From: a virus
Taxonomy: Duplodnaviria > Caudoviricetes
IMG/VR virus record: IMGVR_UViG_3300014202_000529
Span: 32,001 to 96,000 of that record
Direction: 5' to 3' (one strand)
Length of the DNA: 64,000 bases
In this document: positions 1 through 9,243 of the stretch, one piece after another
How the letters are laid out: every line of letters begins with the position of its first letter
Numbering within the stretch: position 1 is the first letter of the stretch
Position numbers and translations under genes: made by a program
The notes under the pieces: generated by a model
The model's database searches: none
The model's input: only the letters and a program-made list of their open reading frames with translations
Told to the model about the DNA's origin: nothing

Positions 1-110
1 CCGGTTTCATCGCAGTAATCTACGAGGGTTTCCCAAAGAGATACCTCATTGGATTTGGAACGGGCTTGGATCATGTCACTGAACTGCGCAATCTCACCCC
101 GCGTCGGCAC
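1..110 (-). CDS. T4 gp33-like late transcription coactivator (N-terminal part; runs off window edge)
   Basis: Manual translation from GTG: MPTRGEIAQFSDMIQ...LVDYCDETG, which resembles gp33; follows dsbA as in T4-like phages. Confidence 0.7.
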   Translation of the reverse strand, partial: MPTRGEIAQFSDMIQARSKSNEVSLWETLVDYCDET

Positions 111-397
111 TATTGCACCTTAGCCGTAACCTTGAGGTACAACTTCTCAAACTGTTCCTGTTCCATCTTTTCCTGATCGAAGCTCTGCTTGTAGTGCACC
201 TTGACCAACTTGGAGATAACCTTTGACGAAAGACCCAACTCCTTAGCTAGGGTTTTCTTTGCATCCCTGACATACTCCCTCTCACCTTCTGCGCGAGACA
301 ATGAGTTTGAAGTCTCCTTCAGGGTGTGCATCAACTTCCCTCGCTGTTCTGCTGTCAAACTATCAACGTCCACTGGTTGCTTTGCTGATTTTGCCAT
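110..397 (-). CDS. dsbA: DsbA-like double-stranded DNA-binding protein
   Basis: LKETSNSLSRAEGEREYVRDAKK..KELGLSSKVISKLVKVHYKQ pattern; start MAKSAK after GGGGG SD. Confidence 0.7.
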   Translation of the reverse strand: MAKSAKQPVDVDSLTAEQRGKLMHTLKETSNSLSRAEGEREYVRDAKKTLAKELGLSSKVISKLVKVHYKQSFDQEKMEQEQFEKLYLKVTAKVQ

Positions 398-405
398 AAT
401 ACCCC

Positions 406-1002
406 CTATGTTAGTTTTGGTTGATCCGCATAAAACAAATGCTTCCCGATCTGCCCGACGAACACTTTCTGGTGCATCCATTCTGGTGTCACGTAGTCTG
501 CATGATAGTATAACGCTTTATGTAGTGACATATCAAGCAGTTCTTTTTGCCAATAGTTAATTAGTGCTCTTTCAGCTATTTCCTTCGACTCCTTCCAAAC
601 CTTCCACACAGGTCTGTGTAGTTCTTCCGCACATTTATACGAAAACTGGCAAATTCGTTTGTCCTTTACAATATGAGACTGTTTTATCACTCCGCATACT
701 GTACTGGGATAGCGTTTATTGTATACTCGGTTCACAATGACCATCGCAACTGCTTCTTTACCCAGTTCTGTTTGGTTCGCTGCTTCGTAGTAAATAGCTT
801 CTGCTAAGCACTCCACATCTTTTTTAGTGGTGGCTACTTTGAGTGGTGCTACAAAATGCCGAGTTACATATTTCTGTGTAGAGTATGATTCAAGGGTTTC
901 ATTTGATTCCACAAGAGGAATCGGACCAATTAGAGCCAAGGATACGGAACATACAAGAACTCCACTGAGTTTCATAATCCATTTTAAAACCATTACCACC
1001 AC
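406..1002 (-). CDS. SleB/Hydrolase_2 family cell wall hydrolase
   Basis: CLAEAIYYEA, AVAMVIVNRV..YPSTVCGV, CQFSY, ALYYHADYV, IGKHLFY motifs. Confidence 0.9.
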   Translation of the reverse strand: MVVMVLKWIMKLSGVLVCSVSLALIGPIPLVESNETLESYSTQKYVTRHFVAPLKVATTKKDVECLAEAIYYEAANQTELGKEAVAMVIVNRVYNKRYPSTVCGVIKQSHIVKDKRICQFSYKCAEELHRPVWKVWKESKEIAERALINYWQKELLDMSLHKALYYHADYVTPEWMHQKVFVGQIGKHLFYADQPKLT

Positions 1003-1003
1003 C

Positions 1004-1714
1004 TTATGGGTTTTCTTGATAGTAAGTATCGATGCACTTCTGCAGTGTCGGCAGATACGACTCCTTGTCTTTTACGTATACCACTGGTTTTGGTTCATCT
1101 TCCACTGCCATCAGGATAACCAATTTGTTGATTGGCATCCCAGTTCTCTCTTCGAACATCTCTGCATATGCTGCTGCTTGTACGAAGTAATTTAAGATCC
1201 ATGCTTCTGGTTTTGCTTTAGCTGCTGTCTTAAAATCGAGTATCGCAATGATATCATCCCAGGTTGCTATGGCATCTGCTCTACCTGCAATCCTCAATCG
1301 GTCAGAATACAACCCCTGCTCTACAGCATACACAAATTTAACATGTTTGTCAAGTTCGCGCTGGATCTGTAGGAATAGCTCTTTGGTAGTAGGCATCATT
1401 CCTGCTCTCTCCAGCATAGAAAGACCAGAAACCATGTACTTTTCGCAGATTAAGTGGACCCCTGTACCTCGAACTGCGCCGCGTTTTGTCTTTTTATCTG
1501 CAGCTTCGTTACCAACCCTCTTTCGCCATGCAGCAATTGCGTCTCTTGTGAGGATTTTTGATATGGTAGAAGCCGAGGGGTATTTTTTACCTTCTGGGGT
1601 GGTGTAGACTCTCCCCTCTTCGCTTGTGTCAGAGGGGAGATCATAGGTTAAACTTGGTAGGCTAATCTTCTCAAATTTGGATTTCGTTTCCAGCATCTTT
1701 ATATTTACCTTCAC
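1004..1714 (-). CDS. PD-(D/E)XK exonuclease (T4-like phage exonuclease family)
   Basis: RVYTTPEGKKYPS, RGTGVH, IAGRADAI, ILDFKT, YFVQAAAYA. Confidence 0.85.
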   Translation of the reverse strand: MKVNIKMLETKSKFEKISLPSLTYDLPSDTSEEGRVYTTPEGKKYPSASTISKILTRDAIAAWRKRVGNEAADKKTKRGAVRGTGVHLICEKYMVSGLSMLERAGMMPTTKELFLQIQRELDKHVKFVYAVEQGLYSDRLRIAGRADAIATWDDIIAILDFKTAAKAKPEAWILNYFVQAAAYAEMFEERTGMPINKLVILMAVEDEPKPVVYVKDKESYLPTLQKCIDTYYQENP

Positions 1715-2378
1715 TAATAATAAAGTCTTTCACAAGTGCATTTCTCACAATATCACCATTACCAAATTCTATCTTCGCAAAACACTCCATGTCATCTAGG
1801 ACATTAAGGAAATGATGTAACCCCTGTCGGTCCCTGGATCGTTCTAGGTCGCTTTGTCGATAATCACCACTGAAGATCAATCTTGAATTATCACCAGTGC
1901 GAGTAATGACGGTTCTCAATTCGTCATATGTGAGGTTTTGCATTTCATCGACAACGATAATCGAGTTCTTGAATGTCAGACCCCTCAGATACGAGGTTGT
2001 TGCAAACACAATCTTTTTTCTAGATTTCAATTCTTCGTATGCTGTACCTTTTTCAAAAAGATCCGCACATATTTCTCGATAAGGATCTTCGTAGACTGAA
2101 ATCTTTTCTTTAAGGGTTCCGGGTAAGAAACCAATTTCCCTAGTTGGAACAACGGAACGAATGATAATCACTTGCTCATGTTTGGAGTCTTGTGCAAGAA
2201 CCGCACAAAGCGCCATATGGATGGAAATGTATGTTTTCCCTGTTCCTGCCACCCCATGAAGAATTAAATTGTACCCCTTGTGAAATTCCTTATACGCTCG
2301 GTTTTGGTTAATGGTTATTGGTTTCACGTTTTTGCATGATAAAGGAGCAATCACAGCTACAACTGCTTTGCGTCCCAT
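1671..2378 (-). CDS. phoH: PhoH family ATPase
   Basis: GVAGTGKT Walker A, IGFLPG, YLRGLTF, IVVDEMQN, GDYRQSD. Confidence 0.95.
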   Translation of the reverse strand: MGRKAVVAVIAPLSCKNVKPITINQNRAYKEFHKGYNLILHGVAGTGKTYISIHMALCAVLAQDSKHEQVIIIRSVVPTREIGFLPGTLKEKISVYEDPYREICADLFEKGTAYEELKSRKKIVFATTSYLRGLTFKNSIIVVDEMQNLTYDELRTVITRTGDNSRLIFSGDYRQSDLERSRDRQGLHHFLNVLDDMECFAKIEFGNGDIVRNALVKDFIISEGKYKDAGNEIQI

Positions 2379-2397
2379 GCTTGGCCTTTGGTTAAGG

Positions 2398-2655
2398 TTA
2401 GACTTCTCTGCTCGTTCTGAATCTAGACTCCCTTGATTTTCCGAAATAGTGTTTTTCTATTGGCTTGATGATGTGGTTGATAAAATCACTTGGTGGTTGC
2501 TTAACCCCAAGGGCAACCGGATCACCCACATTCATTTGACGGAATGTCACTTCATAGTCTGGGTTATCCTTTAGAAAGACCTCAAGCGCGGCAATAGTCA
2601 TAAACCGCTCACTCACTTCTCCGGTGGGTCGATGTAGAATATCATACGTTGGCAT
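2398..2655 (-). CDS. Hypothetical protein (MPTY- family typical of T4-like phages)
   Basis: MPTYDILHRPTGEVSERFMTIA..FLKDNPD. Confidence 0.6.
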   Translation of the reverse strand: MPTYDILHRPTGEVSERFMTIAALEVFLKDNPDYEVTFRQMNVGDPVALGVKQPPSDFINHIIKPIEKHYFGKSRESRFRTSREV

Positions 2656-2656
2656 A

Positions 2657-2803
2657 TTATTTCACCTTCACTGCACCTGGTGCATCGATAACCTGCTCAT
2701 ACTCTGGGTTATCTGCTAAAAATTTCTGTAAATCGCTATATGGCATAAGCGGAAGGGCTTGAGGAACACCTTCAGATTTCTTTCGCACTGTAAAGAATGG
2801 CAT
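2657..2803 (-). CDS. Small paralogue of the adjacent gene (48 aa)
   Basis: Manual translation MPFFTVRKKSEG..LQKFLADNPEYEQV; AGGAG SD. Confidence 0.55.
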   Translation of the reverse strand: MPFFTVRKKSEGVPQALPLMPYSDLQKFLADNPEYEQVIDAPGAVKVK

Positions 2804-2844
2804 AATTACTCCTTTTATTTAGTGATTGTCTACAATAAGATCCA

Positions 2845-3501
2845 TCATATGTGAATGTATGGAATTGAATTTGTTGCTTTGTAATCTTCTGTACAGGTTG
2901 ATACGTTGTAGAAGGTGGTATCTCCATGAGAGACAATTCCATACCCCTCATGAATGTGACCAAAGATATGGGCACTTGGTGCATGCTTTTCAATTGCTCG
3001 TAGCAAATCCTTATCACCCACATGAGGATCTTCATTCACATGTGGGCAAGACACCATATCGAGGATTCCATATGGTGGTCCATGTGTAATCAGAACGTCC
3101 ATTCTAGGACCATCGTGCACCATATCCCAAAGTCTTTTACCCCTCTCCCCGCCTCTTGGGTAGTCAAAAGACCAATCCGATGGATCGTAAATCGCCGAGG
3201 TATATGGTGAGCCGAAAAATGTTACCCCATCGATTTCATGGTACTCATGGTCCAAATAGATTGCAGGAAAGAAGGTATCTTTGACCCATTGCCTAGATAA
3301 TGATTCACATGCTCTATCATGATTTCCTGCGATCACAATTTTATGTTTATGTGGAAGAGATTTGAACCAATCCGCAAACTCGATAACATGTTTGGTTTTT
3401 GCTCGCATGGAGAAGTCTCCGGCATGGATCAACACATCCCCATCCGGTATGGTGAGATTCCTATGGAAGCCATGTGTATCTGACAACGCAATGAGTTTCA
3501 T
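2845..3501 (-). CDS. Calcineurin-like metallophosphoesterase
   Basis: SDTHG, HAGDF, IAGNHD, ITHGPP, FGHIHE. Confidence 0.92.
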   Translation of the reverse strand: MKLIALSDTHGFHRNLTIPDGDVLIHAGDFSMRAKTKHVIEFADWFKSLPHKHKIVIAGNHDRACESLSRQWVKDTFFPAIYLDHEYHEIDGVTFFGSPYTSAIYDPSDWSFDYPRGGERGKRLWDMVHDGPRMDVLITHGPPYGILDMVSCPHVNEDPHVGDKDLLRAIEKHAPSAHIFGHIHEGYGIVSHGDTTFYNVSTCTEDYKATNSIPYIHI

Positions 3502-3518
3502 AATATCCTCTACTAAAG

Positions 3519-3646
3519 AGCAGACGGTCTTGCCAGCAACAGGGGTGTTGGAGTTACTAACTAACTTATGTAACACCATCCCAACAGAGCCTACCCCAGC
3601 AAGACTCCGCTACCAGCCACCCTCGATTAAAGGTCTCGGTTGGCTG
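3519..3646 (-). ncRNA. Putative structured intergenic RNA (hairpin plus long irregular rod)
   Basis: CAGCCA/UGGCUG hairpin, then GUCUUGC/GCAAGAC, UGUUGG/CCAACA, GUUAC/GUAAC nested stems. Confidence 0.45.
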
Positions 3647-3649
3647 AAT

Positions 3650-3970
3650 TTAGCTTGATGCAATCATCAAATCTTCTGGTTTCAATTCAACCGGTGGGGG
3701 TTGAAGAAGACCCCTGCTGATAGCGTAAGCTACCATTTCGTCATGGTTCGCTAACGCAAGACTCACAATGTTTCGACCGTTCTTGTTCTTGGTGACCACT
3801 GCACCCATCTTCTTCAAATCCCAGAAATAGGAAGGAAGTTTATATAACGGCATCTGTGGACCTAGCACATCCCCTATTTCCTTGATGGTTACGTTACCAC
3901 CATTTGCAGCGATCAATACGATTAGAATCTTCTCTGCTTGTCTAGGATTCTTCCCTCGTCCTCTTCCCAT
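3650..3970 (-). CDS. Hypothetical protein, possibly winged-helix DNA binding
   Basis: ORF with SD; helix-turn-helix-like pattern VTIKEIGDVLG..YFWDLKKMGAVV. Confidence 0.45.
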   Translation of the reverse strand: MGRGRGKNPRQAEKILIVLIAANGGNVTIKEIGDVLGPQMPLYKLPSYFWDLKKMGAVVTKNKNGRNIVSLALANHDEMVAYAISRGLLQPPPVELKPEDLMIASS

Positions 3971-4033
3971 AACAAATTCCTTCCTGGTTAAAAAGTATGC
4001 GCATTATACAATACTGGTGTGGGGAAGTCAACT

Positions 4034-4261
4034 CTACTTTTTAGACTTCTTCGCTCCCCGTTTAGCCATCTTCTTTTTAAATACTCGAATTTTTTGCGGC
4101 TCTTCTTCTGGTTCAAGAATGCCTACCCGAAAATTGAGTGCAACCCCCTCATCATACTTCTTCACTACACCACCCTTATTCACAAATTCATCAACAAGAG
4201 ACTTGAGTTCAGCGGAAGACATTCCAGGTGGTTCCAACAATTCTTTGTCACTCATTATCAA
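4034..4261 (-). CDS. Hypothetical protein
   Basis: ORF in co-directional gene run. Confidence 0.5.
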   Translation of the reverse strand: MIMSDKELLEPPGMSSAELKSLVDEFVNKGGVVKKYDEGVALNFRVGILEPEEEPQKIRVFKKKMAKRGAKKSKK

Positions 4262-4430
4262 TTTCCTCCCTTTCGTCCGCAGATTGTTGTTCTTTCATTT
4301 GTTGATATTTTCTATTCCCCTCGCACCACGGGCAGCTACCATGATTTCGACAACTGCTATCAAAGGACTTCGCCTTTCGATAGGGTTTTCTTTTTTCTTT
4401 CCCCGATTTAATCGCTTTGTCCAGGCTCAT
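4248..4430 (-). CDS. Hypothetical basic protein (SCRNHGSCPWC motif)
   Basis: Motif pattern common in phage small proteins. Confidence 0.55.
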   Translation of the reverse strand: MSLDKAIKSGKEKRKPYRKAKSFDSSCRNHGSCPWCEGNRKYQQMKEQQSADEREEIDNE

Positions 4431-4587
4431 ATCTTAAGTTCCAATAATAACCAGCCCCATTCTCATTGGACTCTAGGGTACAATGACATTCAGTGCACCC
4501 CACCTGACATGATTGTCTTCCTGTACCAACTCGCACAACCTCTGCTTCCCCACCACAGAAAGGACAGGGTTTAAGCTGCAGCGTCAT
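4408..4587 (-). CDS. Lar-family restriction alleviation-like zinc-ribbon protein (59 aa; missed by ORF track)
   Basis: Manual translation MTLQLKPCPFCGGEAEV...VGCTECH...WNLR. Confidence 0.7.
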   Translation of the reverse strand: MTLQLKPCPFCGGEAEVVRVGTGRQSCQVGCTECHCTLESNENGAGYYWNLRYEPGQSD

Positions 4588-4732
4588 CTTTCTTACCCCG
4601 ATCCCTGTACTCCTTTTGAATCGCTGTTTTCTTTTCGGGAGTCAGTTTGGTGTACTCCGTATGGGTCATATTCTTCTTGAATTCGAGCCAGCTACGGAAC
4701 TGTGCCTTGGTTCCTGTCTTCGTATTCTCCAT
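4571..4732 (-). CDS. Small hypothetical protein ending DDAAA (53 aa)
   Basis: Manual translation MENTKTGTKAQFRSWLEF...KKDDAAA; GAGGG SD. Confidence 0.5.
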   Translation of the reverse strand: MENTKTGTKAQFRSWLEFKKNMTHTEYTKLTPEKKTAIQKEYRDRGKKDDAAA

Positions 4733-4767
4733 GATCCCTCAGTGCTCCGGTATTGGTTAATTATGTA

Positions 4768-4929
4768 TTAATACTCGTCTACCATTCCAATTTCACCCGA
4801 CACGATCCCATCAAGATCACTGTCCAAATCCTCATCGAGAAGTTCATCAAGTTCGTCTAGAGCGTCTTCATCGATCAAGATTTCTTCTTCATCACTACCA
4901 AAAATTTGTTCTCGTTCTCGCTGTGTCAT
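4768..4929 (-). CDS. Very acidic 53-aa protein (22 Asp/Glu), possible DNA mimic
   Basis: Manual translation MTQREREQIFGSDEEEILIDEDALDELDELLDEDLDSDLDG...; GGAGG SD. Confidence 0.55.
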   Translation of the reverse strand: MTQREREQIFGSDEEEILIDEDALDELDELLDEDLDSDLDGIVSGEIGMVDEY

Positions 4930-4952
4930 GATTCCTCCGGTTAATATGGTTA

Positions 4953-5480
4953 CTATTTCATAGAAATTTTTGCGTCGGTAATCATTTCATATGCTCTAGT
5001 CCATAATTGTTTATCCCCCTTTGTTAAAACTTCAAGCAACTCCTGCTTCTCTGGAATGTAAGTTTTTGCAAACTTTGGGTCATACTTCACAATCGTACTA
5101 GTATTTGAAATCAAATCTGCAAGCTTGATCGTTTGCGCTTCCGCTGGTGCTTGTGCTAGATGATCCCGATCTTTCCGCTTGCGAGTCTTACGGTTCCCAT
5201 CGCTTGGTTTACTCACATTGGTCAACCACATCACAAGATCCGTCACACCATCACCAAATTCTTCTCTAAGAACGTCTTCGGTAACCTTGGTGTCTTCGAC
5301 AACATCATGTAACCAAGCTGCTGATATCATATTCACATTCCAATATTGGGTTGTGGCTACGATATCCGCTACTTGTGCCGGGTGGATGATATATGGTTCG
5401 AAGGTGTACTTTCTCACCTGTCCAACTGCAGCATGAGCAGCCGTTGCAAACACCCTCGCTCTCTCTACCAGGTCATCCAT
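4953..5480 (-). CDS. HD-domain small alarmone ((p)ppGpp) hydrolase, SpoT/Mesh1-like
   Basis: AH..Q.RK...PYIIHP, AAWLHDVVEDT, IKLADLISN. Confidence 0.85.
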   Translation of the reverse strand: MDDLVERARVFATAAHAAVGQVRKYTFEPYIIHPAQVADIVATTQYWNVNMISAAWLHDVVEDTKVTEDVLREEFGDGVTDLVMWLTNVSKPSDGNRKTRKRKDRDHLAQAPAEAQTIKLADLISNTSTIVKYDPKFAKTYIPEKQELLEVLTKGDKQLWTRAYEMITDAKISMK

Positions 5481-5513
5481 CTCAGTTCCTCCATCTGTCA
5501 TCTTCATGATCTA

Positions 5514-5542
5514 ACCATACCACCTTACTACCAGATTGTCAA
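5514..5542 (-). promoter_or_regulatory. Sigma70-type promoter
   Basis: TTGACA-17-TATGGT followed by AGATCATGA leader. Confidence 0.65.
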
Positions 5543-5805
5543 GATATCCCTTCCGGCCACACAGAACTAGGAAGTGGGGGGAAGTCTTTCATATACTTGA
5601 GCTGATTTAGCTCTGCAAATTTATGCGCTTTAAAGACATCCAACTGAACCCTAAGTCCAGTATGACAGAAATCCTCATTAATTAGACTGTAATTGTAGAA
5701 TTGTTGTTCTAGAAAGTCTCTTGGGATTTGACCATAGTTCGGAACAGAGTGGGTCATTTCCATTTGGAGGATAGCGATAATTTTTCTACCGTAACAATCT
5801 ACCAT
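5539..5805 (-). CDS. Hypothetical protein
   Basis: ORF downstream of its own promoter (5823-5851, TTGACA-17-TATGAT). Confidence 0.5.
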   Translation of the reverse strand: MVDCYGRKIIAILQMEMTHSVPNYGQIPRDFLEQQFYNYSLINEDFCHTGLRVQLDVFKAHKFAELNQLKYMKDFPPLPSSVWPEGIS

Positions 5806-5869
5806 GATTCCCTCATGATCTAATCATAACATTCAGATGGAGACATGTCAAGTGATGTAAGTTATTGAT

Positions 5870-6109
5870 TTATTTGATAACCTTAACATGATATATCTGA
5901 ACCTTACCGGTTTCATCATCTTTCTCGGTTTTGGTTATTAGTGATATGTCAGCAAGGTAACAGAAACGCTGGAATTCGGTTGAAAACGTGGGGTCATCCG
6001 CGAGTATCACAAGCTCATCATCTTTGTGTAGTGCATTGAGCGCAAGCCGAGTCTTGACGATCGGCATTGGGCACTTCAATCCTCTGCAGTCTACAAGTGT
6101 ATTTTTCAT
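5870..6109 (-). CDS. tusA: TusA/SirA-family sulfur carrier protein
   Basis: VDCRGLKCPMPIVKTR..L, VILADDP. Confidence 0.9.
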   Translation of the reverse strand: MKNTLVDCRGLKCPMPIVKTRLALNALHKDDELVILADDPTFSTEFQRFCYLADISLITKTEKDDETGKVQIYHVKVIK

Positions 6110-6499
6110 AGGTTGGGCTGGAGCCGATTTCTCGGCTCCGTAACTCACACCACACATGGTGGTTGAGCTATCCTTGCAAAAGGGTCTTTCCGTCCTGACG
6201 GTGCTTAATCTGCTCCTGTGTCGCTTGAGCTTTTGCCCTCTCAAGAGCAATCAGATCGATACTCAACTGAGAAATCTGTCTTTCAATATCCCTGATTCTT
6301 GCTTCGATAGAATTAACATCCATCATTTGGCTCATCCTCCCACATGTCGAACCCACTTGATTCAACTTTGTGAGTGCTTCTTGTATGTTTGTTCTTTTTG
6401 CTTCCTCCGCCACCCTTACGAACTTCTTCCTCTCGACCGGTGCGGAACTTTGTCTTGCGAGTCACTTCTAACTCACGACTACCATACATGGTGGTCTCC

Positions 6500-7165
6500 T
6501 TAAAATTTAGTGAATATTTTGTCTGCCAACTTAACCTTCACACCCTCTTCCGCTGTCAGCCAGGCATCGGATGGACGTAAAAGTTTTTTCTCCACTACAC
6601 GCTTACTAATATGGCAGTAGTTAGTAAGCAAACTGTTGATACGATTCCTACAGAACTCCAACTCCTTCATTCCCGCTTGAAGTTCATGCTCCTTCCCTTC
6701 CATGTCAGAATAGAACTGGTGCATCATGATACCAGCATGTCTTGCAAGATATCGATGCCCCCTCTGACCACAAGCGAGGATCAATGCTGCCGCAGACATA
6801 ACGTTACCAATTCCAACCGTCGCAACCGGATACTTTGATGCATGCATTACGTCGATCAACGCGAATGCATTGTACAGATCACCACCACTGGAGTTGATGT
6901 ACAATGTGAGCTGCTTTTTGACTTTCTTTCCTTTAATTTCTTCTTCTGGTTTCACATTTTCTGCAATGATCCACTGAACAGCTTTACCGACTGTATCATA
7001 ATTAATCTCACCTTGCAACAAGTGAGAGTGGTTATTAATTAGTGCTGCTTGGATTGGATCATGGTCTTCTGTTCCGTCGCTGATTACAAAAATTGGTTGG
7101 TTGCCGTGTTGAATGTCAGTATCTTCGGTTGTTGGTTCTGCTGATTTGTTTTGTGCCCTTGCCAT
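6500..7165 (-). CDS. clpP: ClpP-family serine protease
   Basis: LYINSSGG, VMSAAALIL (Ser), IMMHQ (His), DAWLTAEEG (Asp). Confidence 0.9.
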   Translation of the reverse strand: MARAQNKSAEPTTEDTDIQHGNQPIFVISDGTEDHDPIQAALINNHSHLLQGEINYDTVGKAVQWIIAENVKPEEEIKGKKVKKQLTLYINSSGGDLYNAFALIDVMHASKYPVATVGIGNVMSAAALILACGQRGHRYLARHAGIMMHQFYSDMEGKEHELQAGMKELEFCRNRINSLLTNYCHISKRVVEKKLLRPSDAWLTAEEGVKVKLADKIFTKF

Positions 7166-7854
7166 GGATACTCTCCTTGGTAACGTTGCTGAGTTATTTT
7201 GTTCCCTTCCAGAAACATCTGTTTTGTCGCTGCGCTAGTTTCGCCGCCTAATCTATAATTAAGTGTGAACTTTTCGGTACAACTGAAATTAGGGGATGCA
7301 CTCTTCACAGCGGCAAAGAATTGTCGGTCTGCTCCCCATTGCCCATACCAATTATGACCCACTTTCACAGCAAGGTCCCTAGGAATTACGAAACAACCAG
7401 TATCGATGTGATACCGACCACTATTTACAAACGCTTCCCATTTACCAAGACTTTCACAGTTATCTTGGCAGACAAAAGTTCCATCGGGGTCATACACATT
7501 ACGAAGGGTATAGCCCCACTGACTCTTATTTAGAATCTTGCGGAACTCATCGATATAGTTGGGTTCTGCCCAATTATCCTCATCCATGTAACACAAATAA
7601 TCTTCATTGACGAGGAATGACGCTGCAGCATAGACCCTATGACCATACCATCCCTTACCAACATTATTCTCCAAAGAGATTATTTTTATTTTTTGAGTAA
7701 CCCCAACATTGAGGAGAATTTTATTAATGTTAGCAAAGTTATCCCGCCCATCCATCACTATATAGTGTGTGCAATCTTGATCTTGTAAAGACCGCACACA
7801 GGTTGCAAGATAGTCTGTACCAATGGTTGGGGTTATCACAGCAAAGGAACTCAT
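7084..7854 (-). CDS. Glycosyltransferase family 2
   Basis: VITPTIG, HYIVMDG, YMDEDNW (DxD), WGADRQF. Confidence 0.8.
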   Translation of the reverse strand: MSSFAVITPTIGTDYLATCVRSLQDQDCTHYIVMDGRDNFANINKILLNVGVTQKIKIISLENNVGKGWYGHRVYAAASFLVNEDYLCYMDEDNWAEPNYIDEFRKILNKSQWGYTLRNVYDPDGTFVCQDNCESLGKWEAFVNSGRYHIDTGCFVIPRDLAVKVGHNWYGQWGADRQFFAAVKSASPNFSCTEKFTLNYRLGGETSAATKQMFLEGNKITQQRYQGEYPWQGHKTNQQNQQPKILTFNTATNQFL

Positions 7855-8378
7855 TATTTTGTCTCCTCTTCCCCCTCTACCTTCTGAATATTCGTCTTTG
7901 TTGCATTTGGTGTGACTTCCTTTTTCTCCACCACTTCAAACGGCATACCCGGAAATGCTTCCTTGACCAGTTTAGCAGTGAGATATTTTACACCAAGATT
8001 CTTTTGAAGTAAACCTACAAGCAACTTCGCTTCATCTGCATGAAGTGAAATCAGCAATGCATAAAGAATTCTTGCTTCTTTTTTAGGATCTAACTTTCCT
8101 GTTCTCTTGGGGTGTCCTTGAATAAAGATGTACAACCGTCTCATCTCATTGTTCAATGAGGTAATAGATAACCCTGCAGGATCAACTGACGGTTTGTAGG
8201 TTGGAATTGCATGAAGGTCAAACTTAATTCGGGGATTAAACGCATAGTTCAGGAATTCCTTGAACCATACATTGTTATTCCCATACTTTCGAAGTACCTC
8301 AATTCGATGCTCTCGATTGGTCTTCTTGTCGAATTCCTCAAAGATCTCACTAAACAGCACATCCGTATACTTTGCCAT
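7854..8378 (-). CDS. Conserved hypothetical protein of T4-like phages (next to RNase H)
   Basis: LFSEIF..FNPRIKFDL..PTYKP..LH.DEAKLL pattern. Confidence 0.6.
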   Translation of the reverse strand: MAKYTDVLFSEIFEEFDKKTNREHRIEVLRKYGNNNVWFKEFLNYAFNPRIKFDLHAIPTYKPSVDPAGLSITSLNNEMRRLYIFIQGHPKRTGKLDPKKEARILYALLISLHADEAKLLVGLLQKNLGVKYLTAKLVKEAFPGMPFEVVEKKEVTPNATKTNIQKVEGEEETK

Positions 8379-8388
8379 GATTCCTCCG

Positions 8389-9243
8389 TTAAAAATCTGC
8401 CGCTGAGGCAGTCAATTCTTTTAGACCTGAAACAACCAAATAATTAAAAAACTCTGATCGAGTTGCTGGGCGAGTGCTCTCATAATGATTTATAATACTT
8501 GTAGTGATGTGTTCTGGAATCTGACGTAGATCAATGAGGAGTTCATTTCTTTTGTAGTTCTTAAGCATTTCTGCTGTGGTGCAGAATTCCTCTGGTTTCT
8601 GTTGCAGCCATTTAATGACACTGGTTTCTCGTATGGGTTTCTGTCTTCCCCCGCTTACAAATACATCATCTGCAGATAGGATATTTGGTATACCATCCCC
8701 AGAATCACCGCGAATGATATGTTGCTTTAGGGTGAGGTTTGGGGTAAGGTCAACAATTGGGTTCTTGATGAATGGGGACCGTTGCTCCACTGCAGCATGT
8801 GACATCTGTAGTTGCACAAAATCTTTGTCACCAGAAAGGATGAGAACGGGAGACCCCATTGTTTGACGAAGTGTCAGAGACCCGATGATATCATCTGCTT
8901 CTGCGCCAGGGACATCGATAACCTTATAAGGTAGATATGTGCGGAATTCATCTTTCAACGTATCAATGCATGTGAAAATAGACTTCCAATCAAACTGGGA
9001 GGCATCCCTGGACTTCTTTCGATTTGCTTTATAATGTGGGAATTGGTCTTTCCTCCAATACCTATCAGAGTCGAATGCAACAACTACTTCACCAAATGTA
9101 TGTTTATTTTTCTTAACGTTGGAGCGAATTGTGTTCAGAATCATATGTCTGACAAGACTCAATTCTGCCTTGGGCGTCTTTGACATCACAAGGAACTCGA
9201 TTGTGCAGGCATATGCAATTTGACTAAAATCTATAAGAATCAT
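8389..9243 (-). CDS. rnh: T4-type RNase H / 5'-3' exonuclease
   Basis: ILIDFSQI, YWRKD.FPHYKANR, EADDIIG, SGDKDFVQL, GDSGDGIPNILS. Confidence 0.95.
   Translation of the reverse strand: MILIDFSQIAYACTIEFLVMSKTPKAELSLVRHMILNTIRSNVKKNKHTFGEVVVAFDSDRYWRKDQFPHYKANRKKSRDASQFDWKSIFTCIDTLKDEFRTYLPYKVIDVPGAEADDIIGSLTLRQTMGSPVLILSGDKDFVQLQMSHAAVEQRSPFIKNPIVDLTPNLTLKQHIIRGDSGDGIPNILSADDVFVSGGRQKPIRETSVIKWLQQKPEEFCTTAEMLKNYKRNELLIDLRQIPEHITTSIINHYESTRPATRSEFFNYLVVSGLKELTASAADF

Noticed and set aside
1004-1714. Cas4 / CRISPR adaptation gene
   Set aside because: No Fe-S cysteine cluster; ordinary T4-like exonuclease next to phoH
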